34,057 bases of DNA from Chiloscyllium plagiosum. Taxonomy: Eukaryota. The stretch lies in NCBI RefSeq assembly GCF_004010195.1, contig NC_057754.1:13454565-13488621 (forward strand), written 5' to 3'. The notes under the pieces were generated by a model that saw nothing but the letters and a program-made list of their open reading frames with translations, was not told the DNA's origin and did no database searches. Both the position numbers and the translations under genes were made by a program. Shown here one piece after another: positions 11,533 through 23,476 of this stretch. Within the stretch, counting starts at the first letter, position 1. The number at the start of each line of letters is the position of its first letter.

Positions 11533-12021
11533 ATCTGTTCTAAGTGCATTTGTATTTCTGGACTAAACACCCCTGCCTGACCTTCTGCCTGTTCAGGTTT
11601 TTCCTGCACCGTGACATCAAACAGGATGTCAGTTAACTGAACATCTGCTCCTTTGGCTTTTTATTTTGTTTTTCATTCCTGCTGTAACTTTTTACAGTGG
11701 GATCTTGTTACTACACTGTCTGGAAGATTTCCTGGGTATTTTTCTTTAAACTCGCCAGTTCCCTAGTTTTCCTTTGCCTTGTCCAACACAAGGGGTGCCA
11801 CTCCCACCTTGGATCCTGTTAAATCGTTCACAAGAACAAACTGTATTCCTGGAACTGAAACTCTGTAATTCACTCTCACTGTTACTTCCCCAACCTTGAT
11901 TTGGCACTCCAAACTGATGTTACACAAGGGAATGCTTAATTTCTATCCCCATTCCACAAATTATCACGATCTTGATTTATAAGCCAGAAAGAGTGAAAAT
12001 ACTTTCATCTCTCACTAATAG

Positions 12022-12685
12022 AGGCCGAGACAAAGTGAGGGCTGCAGATGCTGGAGATGAGAGTTGAAAAGTGTGGGGCTGGAAAAGCATAGCCAACCAG
12101 GCAGCATCCGAGGGGCAGGAGAGTTGACGTTTCAGGCATAAATCCTTCATCGGGAAAGTGGAGGGTGGGGTAAGGGAGGTGGAAGGGGCTGAGAAATTAA
12201 TAGGAAGGTGGGGGTGGAGCTGGGTGGAAGGTAGCTTGGAATGTAATAGGTAGATGCAGGTGGGGTGTGATGGTGATAGGTCGGAGAGGAGGGTGAAGTG
12301 GATAGGTGGTAGGACAGCTGGAACCCTCAAACTATACATCATCAACGTTGACTTCACCAAATTCCAAATCTCCCCTCCCCCAACCTCTCTCAGATCCAAC
12401 CGTTCAACCTCGCACTGCCCTCTTGAACGGCCCTAACTGGCCAGCTTCCTTCCCACCTATCGAGTCCACCCTCCCATCCGACATATCACTATCACTCCCA
12501 CCGATATCTTCTTATCGCCTTCCCAGTGACCCTCCCACCAGCCCAGCTCCTACCCTCTTATTTATCTTTCAGCCCCCTTGTCCCCCCACCAGATTCTTGA
12601 CGATGGGTTTATGCCTGATATGTCGATTGTCCTGCTCTTCGGATGTTGCCTGATCTGTTGCGCCTTTCCGGCTCCTTACTTCTCA
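12022..12685. mobile_element. Penelope-like (Neptune-like) insertion with inverted terminal repeats inside Gypsy protease
   Basis: ~12028-12320 and ~12322-12685 are opposite-orientation copies; GTLK.YIINVDFTKF endonuclease tail; near-TSD ACTAATAG (12014-12021) / ACTATTAG (12686-12693). Confidence 0.8.
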
Positions 12686-13695
12686 ACTATTAGGGACTAA
12701 GCAGATCCCGTAACTCACAAAATTATAACTTCTTGTCCTTCTCCCCCTGTTCTTTCTGAGTAAACTTTATCTACAGAGGCGAATTTTCTATAGCGATCAG
12801 ACACTGCCTCCATACCTGCCTAGGCTGTGCATTCTCCTGCAGGTCCTCGGCTCCACTTGGGGTCTCCTTTACCAGGTTCACTCATGCCACTGGCTTAGCC
12901 TCTTCTACCACATCTTTTCCCAAAGTGCCTTCCTTCAATGCCCAGCACGGTGTGTCACAGCTGACAGCAGTGAAAACACCTTTTCCCTGTGCCATTCTTA
13001 AACCATCGGCACTGTAATTTTGTGTTCCACATCCTTACAGTGAGAACACCTGAGGCCTTTCACCTCCTTTCAACCCCTTTGGGCTTCTTTTTTCACCTGT
13101 GGTAAACTATTGTGTGCTACTGTTCGCTTTGTAGTGTGTGATCTTCCCTTCTCCAAATTTCTATACCTCACCGGATGAAAATCCTCCCGGAAGCTGAATT
13201 CCATCTAATGCACCAATGCATATTTATCTGCCATCTCTGTCGCGTTTCTCGCTTCTTGAACTTTCTGTTTATTCACATGAATTCTTACCATCTCTGGAAG
13301 TGAGTCTTTAAACTTCTCCAGCAGAATAATCTCCCTTCGAGCCTCACAGGTCTATTTTTAAGGCTAGCACCCATCTATAAAAATGACTGTGGTTAATTCT
13401 TTCAAACTCAGCATAAGTCTAACCTGGTTTCGTCTCTATTTTCATGAACCTCTGTCTGTATGCTTCTGGTACCAAATCATAGCCAATCAAAATAGCCAAT
13501 TTGACATCTTCGTAATCTTTTGACCCCTCATCTGACAGCGCTGCACAAACCACACCAGCTGTGCCTACCAGCTTAGTCTGAACTTGCATTACCCGCAAGT
13601 TCACTGGACACACTATCTGCTGAGCCATTTTATCAAATGAAATAATAAAGGTTTTGACATTTTTCTCACCGAAATATGGCAAGGTATTAACATAG

Positions 13696-13993
13696 AGGAG
13701 AAAGTGAGGTCTGCAGATGCTGGAGATCAGAGCTGAAAATGTGTTGCTGGAAAAGCGCAGCAGGTCAGGCAGAATCCAGGGAACAGGAGAATCGACGTTT
13801 CGGGCATAAGCCCTTCTTCAGGAATGAGGACAGTTTGTCCTGCAGGCTAAGATAAAAGGTAGGGAGGAGGGACTTGGGGGAGGGGCGTCGGAAATGTGAT
13901 AGGTGGAAAGAGGTCAAGGTGAAGGTGATAGGTCAGACTGGGGTGTGGGCGGAGAGGTCAGGAAGAAGATTGCAGGTTAGGAAGGCGGTGCTG
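13696..13993 (-). mobile_element. PLE terminal-repeat fragment (young)
   Basis: Closely similar to 22045-22287 and related to 12028-12320. Confidence 0.85.
13790..13825 (-). ncRNA. Minimal type-I hammerhead ribozyme motif
   Basis: AUUC-CUGAAGA-A-GGGC UUAU GCCC-GAAAC-GUC-GAUU. Confidence 0.75.
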
Positions 13994-15960
13994 AAAAAGT
14001 ATAACATAGCAAAATTGAGTAGGAAAACGGAGGACTGGAAAGCTTTTAAAGAACAACAGAGGATTACTAAGAAGGAAATACGCAGAGGAAAAATGAGGTC
14101 CGAAGGTAAACTGGCCAAAAATATAAAGGAGGATAGTAAAAGCTTTTTTAGGTATGTGAAAGGCAAAACAAATGGTTAAGACTAAAATTGGGCCCTTGAA
14201 GACAGAAACAGGGGAATATATTATGGGGAAAAAAGAAATGGCAGAAAAATTGAATTGTTACTTCAGATCTGTGTTCACAGGGGAAGACACAAGTAATCTC
14301 CCTGAGGTTACAGTGGCTAAGGACCTGCACTTAAGGGAATTTATATTTGCCAGGAATTGGTGTTGGAGGGACTGTTAGGTCTGAAGGTTGATAAGTCCCA
14401 GTGGCCTGATGGTCTACATCCCAGGGTACTGATGGAGGTGGCTCGAGAAATCGTGGATGCGTTGGTGATTATTTTCCAGAGTTCGATAGATTCAGGATCA
14501 GTTCCTGCGGATTGGATGGTGGCTAATGTTGTACCACTTTTTAAAGAAAGGAGGGAGAGAGAAAGCAGGAAATTATAGACCAGTTAGTCTGACCACAGTG
14601 GTGGTAAAGATGCTGGAGTCTATTATAAAGGATGAAATTACGACACATCTGGATAATAGTAACAGGATATGTCAGTGTCAGCATGGATTTATGAAGGGGA
14701 AATCATGCTTGACTAATCGTCTGGAATTTTTTGAAGACGTACTCTGAAGATGGACGAGGGAGATCCAGTAGATGAAGTGTACCTGGACTTTCAGAAAGCT
14801 TTTGATAAAGTCCCACATAGGAGATTAGTGAGCAAAATTAGGGCGCATGGTATTGGGGACAAAGTACTAACTTGGATTGAAAGTTGGTTGGCTGATAGGA
14901 AATAAAGAGCAGTGATAAACGGCTCCATTTTGAAATGGCAGGCAGTGACCAGTGGGGTACCACAGGGATCAGTGCTGGGACCGCAGCTTTTTACAATATA
15001 TGTTAATAATATAGAAAATGGTATCAGTAATAACATTAGCAAATCTTCTGATGATAATAAGCTGGGTGGCTGGGTGAAATGTGAGGAGGATGTTAGGAGA
15101 TTACAGGGTGACCTGGACAGGTTAGGTGAGTGGTCAGTTGCATGGCAGATGCAGTTTAATGTGGATAAATGTATGGTTATCCACTTTGGTGGCAAGAACA
15201 GGAAGGCAGATTACAACCTAAATGGAATCAATTTAGGTAAAGGGGCTGTACAAAGAGATGTGGGTGTTCTTGTACACCAGTCAATGAAGGTAAGCATGCA
15301 GGTACAGCAGATAATGAAGAAGGCTAGCCTTCATAACAAGAGGGATTGAGTATAGAAGCGAAGAGGTTCTTCTACAGCTGTACAGGGCCCTGGTGAGACC
15401 ACACCTGGAGTACAAAGTGCAGTTCTGGTCTCCAAATTTGAGGAAAGACATTCTGACTGTTGAGGGAGTGCAGCGTAGGTTCATGAGGTCAATTCCTGGA
15501 ATGGCGGGACGACCTTACGCTGAAAGACTGAAGCGACTGGGCTTGTATACCCTTGAGTTTAGGAGGCTGAGAGGGGATCTGATTGAGACATATCAGATTA
15601 TTAAAGGATTGGACACTCTGGAGGCAGGAAACATATTTCCGCTGATGGGTGAGTGCCGAACCAGAGGACACAGCTTAAAAATATGGGGTAGACCATTTAG
15701 GACAGAGCTCAGGAGAAACTTCTTCACCCAGAGAGTGGTGGCTGCGTGGAGTGCTCTGCCCCAGAGGGCAGTGGAGGCCCCGTCTCTGTATTCATTTAAG
15801 AAAGAGTTGGATGGAGCTCTCAAGGATAGTGGAATCAAGGGTTATGGAGATAAGGCAAGAACAGGATACTGATTAAGGATGATCAGCCGTGATTATATTG
15901 AATGGTGGTGCAGGCTCGAAAGGCAGAATGGCCTAGTCCTGCACCTATTGTATATTGTCA
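13994..15960 (+). mobile_element. CR1 LINE ORF2 (RT) to 3' tail, frameshifted
   Basis: GNYRPVSLT, QHGFMKGKSCLTN, GVPQGSVLGPQLF, RPHLEY, FFTQRVV motifs; TATTG-type tail. Confidence 0.95.
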
Positions 15961-15962
15961 TA

Positions 15963-16241
15963 ACGCCAGAGGCCAGGGTTCAATTCCTGCCTCAGGCGAC
16001 TGACTGTGTGGAGTTTGCACATTCTCCCCGTGTCTGCATGGGTTTCCTACGGGTACTCCAGTTTCTTCCCACAGTCCAAAAATGTGCAGGTTAGGTGAAT
16101 TGGCCATGCTAAATTGCCCATAGTGTTAGGTGACGGGATAAATGTAGGAGAATGGGTCTGGGTGGGTTGTGCTTCGGCAGGTCGGTGTGGAGTTGTTGGG
16201 CTGAAGGGTCTGTTTCCACACTGTAAGTAATCTAATCTAAT
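15963..16241 (+). mobile_element. HE1-like SINE, 5' truncated
   Basis: GGGTTCAATTCC B-box, HE1-type body and (TAATC)n tail. Confidence 0.9.
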
Positions 16242-17502
16242 TTCAATGATGGAAAAATGATTTTATATGCACTGTTTAATTAATGTGTGTGTGCAGAAAT
16301 GTCACATTTTTCATATGTGCACAACACATTCTAAATGAAGAACAGAGACACAATTAACGAAAAATGATGCATATGATGTATAAAACTTATAAAACATTAA
16401 AACATAATTTGATCCTCATCTAAAGTGATATGTTCCCCTTCTCTCAACGTTCCCTCCTTTTCTGGAATTCTCTACTCCAATCTCTCATTCTTATCAGGAT
16501 ATGTGTTATAAATTCCTGCTTCTGGTGTCCTAACTTATTTCAGTTAGTCCCCTTTCTTCCAGAATTAAATATATTGGCCTGTTGGGTTCTTTTCAAAGCT
16601 AGTGTGTGTCATATTATTCGAGATAAAAATTCTGGCATCAGACCCAGCGTTTGAACACATTACTCTGTTGTACATACACTGTACAAAGGACCACAGCACA
16701 CAGGAATTGCCAAAACATTGAGGGATGTGCATCTACTTCTTTCGATGCTCTAGTTTTCTCATTTTTCACATTTCCTCATCTATGTTTTCTCTCTCTTTCT
16801 CACTTTGTATCTAGTTAAGAAATTTACCAATTATTCTTTGCGTACCTTCTCTCAAAACTCCTTCTTTCGGTTTATATCTATTGCTATCTGATTGTGATTC
16901 CCTCATTCCATTTTACGGAGACTCCCCTCTCTGCAGCCGCTTGTACATTTGTTGGTCATGTTGCAGACTCAGATGCTATAACAAGAGTCACCATGACTTA
17001 TCCAGATGGATAAGTCTAACCGGATGAGTCAGGATTTGAAGGGTCCAATCACAAGAATGAAAACAAAAATTAAAGGTATTGCCAGATGTTTAGTTCTCTC
17101 ACATTCTCAATCCAACTCACATAACCACCCCATCCATGATACTTTCAGGATGGAGCACTGTGTAGTTCCGGCTAGCGTACTGCTGAATGCAACCCAGCAA
17201 TATTCAGAATGGAACTCATGCCGATGCCTGATCTATAATCATGGGCTAAATGACCAACGTGGGGGGCTGTGCACACCGCACTGTTTCATTCATATATAAA
17301 CCCAGATTATTGCATTGTTCGGTAACACTGTGTTAGATCGCTTCCCAGTGTGGGGAAAGTTGCAGCAAATGTTGAAAGTGACAGGATGTGCAGCTCCCAT
17401 CCATTTGCAGCTCCGTATCTCCACTGTGCCTTGACAAGGGGTGCCGTGGATGTGAAAATCACTGCGATGGAGAGATATAAATGGCAACAGTTTAAATACC
17501 AA

Positions 17503-19154
17503 TAGTTCTAATTAAGGCGAGTGTCACACCAGTATTTAAAGTTGAAATAACTGAGATAATATCCAATGAGGTTTTGTGAATGGTGCAAAGTAATTAGAGG
17601 GGGATGGTAATGTTATAATGGTTGCACTATAAGCCTCCAAATTAACAATGGGAATTCGAGGAAGAAATATGCAGGGAGACTGGGGAGACTTGCAGGAACA
17701 ATAGGATTGTTATAATAGGTGATTTTAATTTTTCTAACGTAGACTGGGACTTCCAGATGATTAAGAACTTAGAAGGAACGTAGTTTGTTAAGTGTGTTCA
17801 GGAAAGTTTCCACAAGCAATATTTAGAGTATCCTACTCGGGAAGGGACAAAGTCGACCTACTCTTGGGAAATAGGGCAGGATAAGTGAAGGAGATAATGT
17901 GGGGGAGCATTTTGGGAAAAGTGATTAGAGTTGTATTAATTTTAAAATAGTTATGGGAGGACAAAATTGGTCCACAGCTTCAAGTTCTACATTGGGGCAA
18001 GGCGTATGTTGTTGAAATTAGACAGGGGATTGCAAGGGATGATTGGAGTAGTTTATTTCGAGATAAAAGGATCTCTGGCAAATGGGAGGGCTTTAAAAGT
18101 TAGATAGCTCGAGTTCAAGGTTTCCATTTTCCTGTGAGGGTGACGGTAAAATGAGACTGGAAGAGAGAACCCTGGATGTCAAGAGATGTTGAGGCTCTGA
18201 CCAGACAAAACGAAGGCGTGGCTCAGGTACAGGCAGCTCATATCAAGGGAATCCCTGGAGGTTTACAGGGGATAGAGGAGTTTACTGAAGAAGGAAATTA
18301 ACAAGGCGAAAAGGGGGTATGAGATAGCCGTGGCTAAGAAGATTAGGGTGAATCCAAATTCTGTATAGTAAAGAAAAAGAACAGCTAGAGAGAGAATAGG
18401 ATGCCTTAAAATCCAAAATAGGCACGTAAATGTAAAACCTGAAAAGATGGGTAAAGTCCTCAATTTGTCTCTGTGTTTACCATGAAGAAAGGCATGAAGA
18501 TTTGTGACCTTTAGCAGGTTAGTTATCATATCTTGGTACTGTCCATATCACAGTAGAGGTGCTGTTGGACATATTAGAATGCACAAAGCCAGACAAATCT
18601 CTCGGTCCTGACCAGATATATCGAAGAGCACTGCAATAGGCCAAAGGTAAAGTTTAGGAGCCAATGTCCCAGAAGACTGGGCGGTAGCAGATGTTGTGCC
18701 CTTATTCAAGAAGGGGTGCAAAGAAAAGCCTAGGAAATATATATGCCAGTAAGCTTCACACCTGCTTTCACGAACCCACTTGAGAAGTTTCTGCGAGATA
18801 AGATGTGCATGCATTTGGAAAGAAAGAGTTTGACTTGGAGAAGTCAGCATGGCTTTGCACGTGGCGGATCATGCCTTACAAATTTTGTCAGAGATTTTTG
18901 AGGAGGTGACCAGGAAGGTTGACGAGAGCATGGTGGTGGACATAGTCTATATGGATTTCAGTAAGGTCTTTAATAAGGCCGAGAGCCACATACTGGGCCG
19001 CTCTGGAAGGTTAATCGCATGGAATCCAAGGTGAACTGGCAGATTGGTGACACAATTGGCTTGACGTAATGAAGCAAATGGCTATGGTGGTGGTATGCTT
19101 GTCGGACTGGAGGCCTGTGACCAGTGGAGTGTCTCAGGGGTCGGTGCAGGGCCC
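17503..19154 (+). mobile_element. Old CR1 LINE, endonuclease to RT part
   Basis: IIGDFNF.NVDW endonuclease motif, FEEVTRKVDE, MDFSK and GVSQGSV; continues after the nested younger CR1 at ~21281. Confidence 0.88.
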
Positions 19155-21280
19155 AAATATTGATTGGAAGCTCTTTTGATCAAGTAGATTGGATGGGGCG
19201 GTGTTTGCACTGTGTGTCCAGGAAGCTTTTCTAACTCAGTATGTAGATTGTCCGACCAGAGGGGAGGCCATATTGGATTTGGTACTCGGTAATGAACCGG
19301 GACAAGTGATGGGATTGTTAGTGGGTGAACATTTTGGTGATGGTGACCACAATTCTGTGACTTTCACCTTGGTTATGGAGAGAGATAGGTGCGTGCAACA
19401 GGGTAGGTTTTACTATTGGGGGAATGGTAATTACGATGCTGTAAGACATGATCTGAGGAGCAGACGTTGGGAGCATAGGCTGTCGAGGAAGGATGTCGTG
19501 GAAATGTGGAACATTTTCAAGGAACAGATACGACGTGTCCTTGATACGTATGTACCTGTCAGGCAGGAAAGAAATGGTCATGTGAGGGAACCTTGGTTGA
19601 CGAGGGAGGTTGAATGGCGTGTAAAGAGGAAGAAGGAGGCTTACATAAGGTTGAGGAAACAAGGTTCAGACAGAGCANNNNNNNNNNNNNNNNNNNGAAC
19701 TGGTAAGCTCGAAGAGATACTTGTTAGGAAGGAAGATGTGTTGGGCATTTTGAAAAACCTAAGGATAGACATGTCCCCCGGGCCTGACAGGATATATCCT
19801 AGGATTGTGTGGGAAGCAAGAGAGGAAATTGCAGAGCCGTTGGCAATGATCTTTTCGTCTTCACTGTCAACGGGGGTGATACTAAGGGATTGGAGAGTGG
19901 CGAATGTTTTGCCCCTGTTCAAAAAAGGGAATAGTGATAACCCCGGGAAATACAGGCCAGTTAGTCTTACTTCGGTGGTAGGCAAAGTAATGGAAAGGGT
20001 ACTGAGGGATAGGATTTATGAGTATCTGGAAAGACACTGCTTGATTAGGGAGAGCCAGCACGGATTTGTGAAGGGTAGGTCTTGCCTTACAAGTCTTATT
20101 GAATTCTTTGAGGAGGTGACCCAGCATGTGGATGAGGGTTGAGCAGTGGATGTAGTATACATGGATTTTAGTAAGGCATTTGATAAGGTTCCCCATGGTA
20201 GGCTTATGCGGAAAGTCAGGAGGCATGTGATAGAGGGAAATGTGGCCAAGTGGATAGAAAACTGGCTAACCGGTCGAAGTCAGAGAGTGGTGATAGATGG
20301 TAAATATTCAGACTGGAGCCCAGTTACAAGTGGAGTTCCGCAGGGATCAGTTCTGGGTCCTCTGCTGTTTGTAATTTTTATTAATGACTTGGATGAGGGA
20401 GTAGAATGGTGGGCCAGTAGATTTGCAGATGATACGAAGATTGGTGGAGTTGTGGATATTGATGAGGGCTGTTGTCGGCTGCAAAGGGACTTAGATATGA
20501 TGCAGAGCTCGGCTGAGGAGTGGCAGATGGAGTTCAAGCCTGCCAAGTGTGAGGTTGTCCATTTTGGAAAGACAAATAAGAATGGGGAATACAGGGTTAA
20601 TGGTAGGGTTCTTAGTGAGGTGGAGGAACAGAGGGATCTTGGGGTCTATGTTCATAGATCTTTGATAGTTGCCACTCAGGTGGATAGAGCTTATAAGAAG
20701 GCCTATGGTGTATTAGCGTTCATTAGCAGAGGGATTGAACTTAAGAGTCATGAAGTGATGTTGCAACTGTACAGGACTTTGGTTAGGCCACATTCGGAGT
20801 ACTGTGTGCAGTTCTGGTCGTCTCACTTTAGAAAAGATGTGGAAGCTTTGGAGAGGGTGCAGAGAAGATTTACCAGGATATTGCCTGGAATAGAGAATAG
20901 GTCGTACGAGGATAGGTTGAGAGTGCTAGGCCTTTTCTCGTTGGAACGGTGAAGGATGAGAGGTGACTTGATAGAGGTTTATAAGATGATCAGAGGAATA
21001 GATAGAGTAGACAGTCAGAAACTTTTTCCCCGGGTACAACAGAGTGTTACAAGGGGACATAAATATAAGGTGAAGGGTGGAAGGTATAGGGGAGATGTCA
21101 GGAGTGGGTTCTTTACCCAGAGAGTGGTGGGGGCAAGGAATGCACTGCCTGTGGGAGTGGTAGAGTCAGAATCATTGGCGACCTTTAAGCGGCATTTGGA
21201 TAGATACATGGATGGGTACTTAATCTAGGTTAGAAGTTCGGCACAACATCGTGGGCCAAAGGGCTGTATTGTTCTGTTTC
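19155..21280 (+). mobile_element. Young CR1 LINE, near-intact ORF2 with two in-frame TGA stops, 5' truncated
   Basis: ORFs 19189-20142, 20146-20952 and 20956-21228 lie in one frame; GDGDHNS, GVPQGSVLGP and FADD motifs; 19-N gap at 19678-19696. Confidence 0.95.
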
Positions 21281-21990
21281 AAATCCAGGTAGGATTTTAA
21301 TGATGAATGAGAGGGCCTTAAGGAGTGTAGTGGAAAGAAAAGGACTTTGGAGATCAGGTGCACGGTTGTCTGAAATTTGTGTCACAGATACACAGGACAG
21401 TGAAGAAGGCTTTTGGCACACTAGCCTTCATCAGCGCATTGAGTATAGATGTTGGGAAATTATGTTACAGTTGTACAGGATGTTGGTAAGGCTGAAGTTG
21501 AAGTATTGTGTTCAGTTTTTTTCACCTTGCTCTCGAAAGGATATTATTGAACAAGAAAGAATGTAGAAAAAAATTACAAAGATGTTTCCTGGGCGAAAGG
21601 GTCTGAGCTATAGGGAGAAGTTGGACTGGTTAGAACTTATTTCTTTACAGAGTAGGAAACTGAGGGTGTTCTTCTGGAAGCTTCGCTCTTATTAAATCAT
21701 GAGAAGCATGCATAAGGGTGAATACTTCAATTTTTTTGCAAGGTTGGGGAATCGAAGACTGGAGGACATCTGTTAATGTTGGGAGAGGGAAAAAATAAAA
21801 AGGAACCTGAGGGTCAATGTTTTTCCAGAGTGTGGTATGCATATGGACTGAGCTTCCAGTAGAAGTGGTTGAAGTGGGTACAATAACAACATTGAAAAGG
21901 CATTTGGACAAATACACAGATAGGAAACGATTAGATGGATATAGAGCAAAGGCAGGGAAACGGCAGAATAGCAGATAAGGGGCAATTGCA
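21281..21990 (+). mobile_element. Old CR1 LINE 3' part
   Basis: IEYRCWEIMLQLYRMLVR..KYCVQF and C-terminal motifs; probably the continuation of 17503-19154. Confidence 0.8.
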
Positions 21991-22044
21991 ACGTGGTTTG
22001 TTGACAGAGCATGGTGGGCGTCGTGGATGGGCTAGTACAGAAGT

Positions 22045-22287
22045 GGAGAAAGTGAGGTCTGCAGATGCTGGAGATCAAAGTTGAAACTTTATTGCTGGAA
22101 CAGCACAGCAGGTCAGGCAGCATCCAGGGAACAGGAGATTCGACGTTTCGGGCACCGGCCCTTCTTCAGGAATGAGCAGAGAGTGTTCAGCAGGAGAAGA
22201 TAAAAGGTAGGGAGGAGGGACTTGGAGGAGGGGCGTTGGAAATGTGATAGGTGGAAAGAGGTCAAGGTGAAGGTGATAGGTCGGACA
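22045..22287 (-). mobile_element. PLE terminal-repeat fragment (young)
   Basis: Closely similar to the 13696-13993 copy. Confidence 0.85.
22138..22173 (-). ncRNA. Minimal type-I hammerhead ribozyme motif (best-formed copy)
   Basis: AUUC-CUGAAGA-A-GGGC CGGU GCCC-GAAAC-GUC-GAAU, with perfect 4-bp helices I and II. Confidence 0.8.
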
Positions 22288-23284
22288 GAAGTGGACCATT
22301 CCCTTCCCAGAGGGAGCCACACCAACAGACCCACCGAGCATGGCCTGGGTTCATCACCCAGCTCAGTGCAGTATCTAAGGTCTGAAGAAATATCCAGCAA
22401 TACAGGACAAGCATCAATAACCTTCCCTGCTTTGTCAGGATAAGGTTCACCGTATTCTCTTTGCTCCTTCACACTCACTGTATATCTGTTATAGCACTGA
22501 CCCCCGAACAAGGCTCATGGTCCCTCACTCTCACGACTGCATGCAACACCTTCTCTCTCTTTCTCTCTCTATCTGTCACCTTTGCAAAACCTCCCACACA
22601 GTTATAGAATATTCTGGAGAATGCCGGTTATGGAATGTTCCAGATAATGTTCCGAATAATCCCCAGTTTCAGGAAAATGGCAGTGTCCCAGTGTGTAACA
22701 CATAAGAGGAAGGAGTATTCATGTACTTGTTTCAAATCACACACAATTCAAATCATGCTGAGGCCATCCACCCTTCAAATGTGCTCTAGCATTTAATAAG
22801 GTTCCGATTGATCTGATGGTTTTCTCAGCTCCATATTACAGGAACATTCAGTCATTCAACGCCCTGGGTTCCTGTCACTGACCGGACAGCGTTCAGGCAC
22901 TTTTACCCCGTTTTTTTCAAGCGTCTGTTTGAGGGCATTTCCCATGGGAACGGACACTCCTAAAAATATATTCCATCATCTTTATACTTTCATGCAACGG
23001 TCAGCATGCTTTAGACAGACCAAACAAAAATATACACTTATTTTATGGTTATAGATATCCAATCACACTTAGTAATTCTGGTTATTTCACTTGACTCATC
23101 TTAATTATATTAAACCAAAAACAGCTTCTAAACACGTCTTGTTATAAAGTGCAATTTCGAGCAGAGAACGTTTTTACCCTCAGCCGTTTTCTTGACCGTT
23201 ATCTGAATTGTACCACTTTCCTTGGTATAAGAATTTCTCTTACCCTTTTTCTGTGACTGATTCTGTCTGTAACAGTTACACTGT

Positions 23285-23476
23285 CTCCCACTCAATGGGC
23301 TGGACAGATGGTTTGTGATGTAGAAGGATGCCAGCAGCGCAGGTTCAGTTCTTCACACTGACAGAGGTTACCATGAAGGGGACGCTCTCTCAACCTCACC
23401 CCATCACCCAAAATGTGGTGACCCTCAGGATAAACCACCATGAGTGGTCTCTCTAATGAGAGCATTTTGGGACTCT
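23285..23476 (+). mobile_element. Second, older tRNA-derived SINE family
   Basis: Degenerate A-box (CTCAATGGGCTGG) and B-box (GGTTCAGTTC) followed by a non-HE1 body. Confidence 0.55.

Larger units (their letters stand above)
9132..13692 (-). mobile_element. Gmr1-type Ty3/Gypsy internal region (gag-SCAN, PR, INT, RT, RNase H), pseudogenised; 5' LTR absent
   Basis: gag DYEDVKLAIL..YDLVPEAYRQRF (13419-13682); integrase IMDASTRFPEAI...IQSDQ (10898-11083); RT VYLYDVV near 10390-10410; FLELSGFYRKFVP and RNase H (9330-9990). Confidence 0.88.

Noticed and set aside
14791..15195. Antisense ORFs over CR1 elements (also 19641-20546 and 31369-31830)
   Set aside because: Shadow frames of CR1 ORF2, with no independent evidence
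17170..17461. SRCR-like echoes (GTPCQGTVEI ... IW ... HSE)
   Set aside because: Would need several frameshifts and the cysteine spacing does not fit; only an HMM search could rescue it
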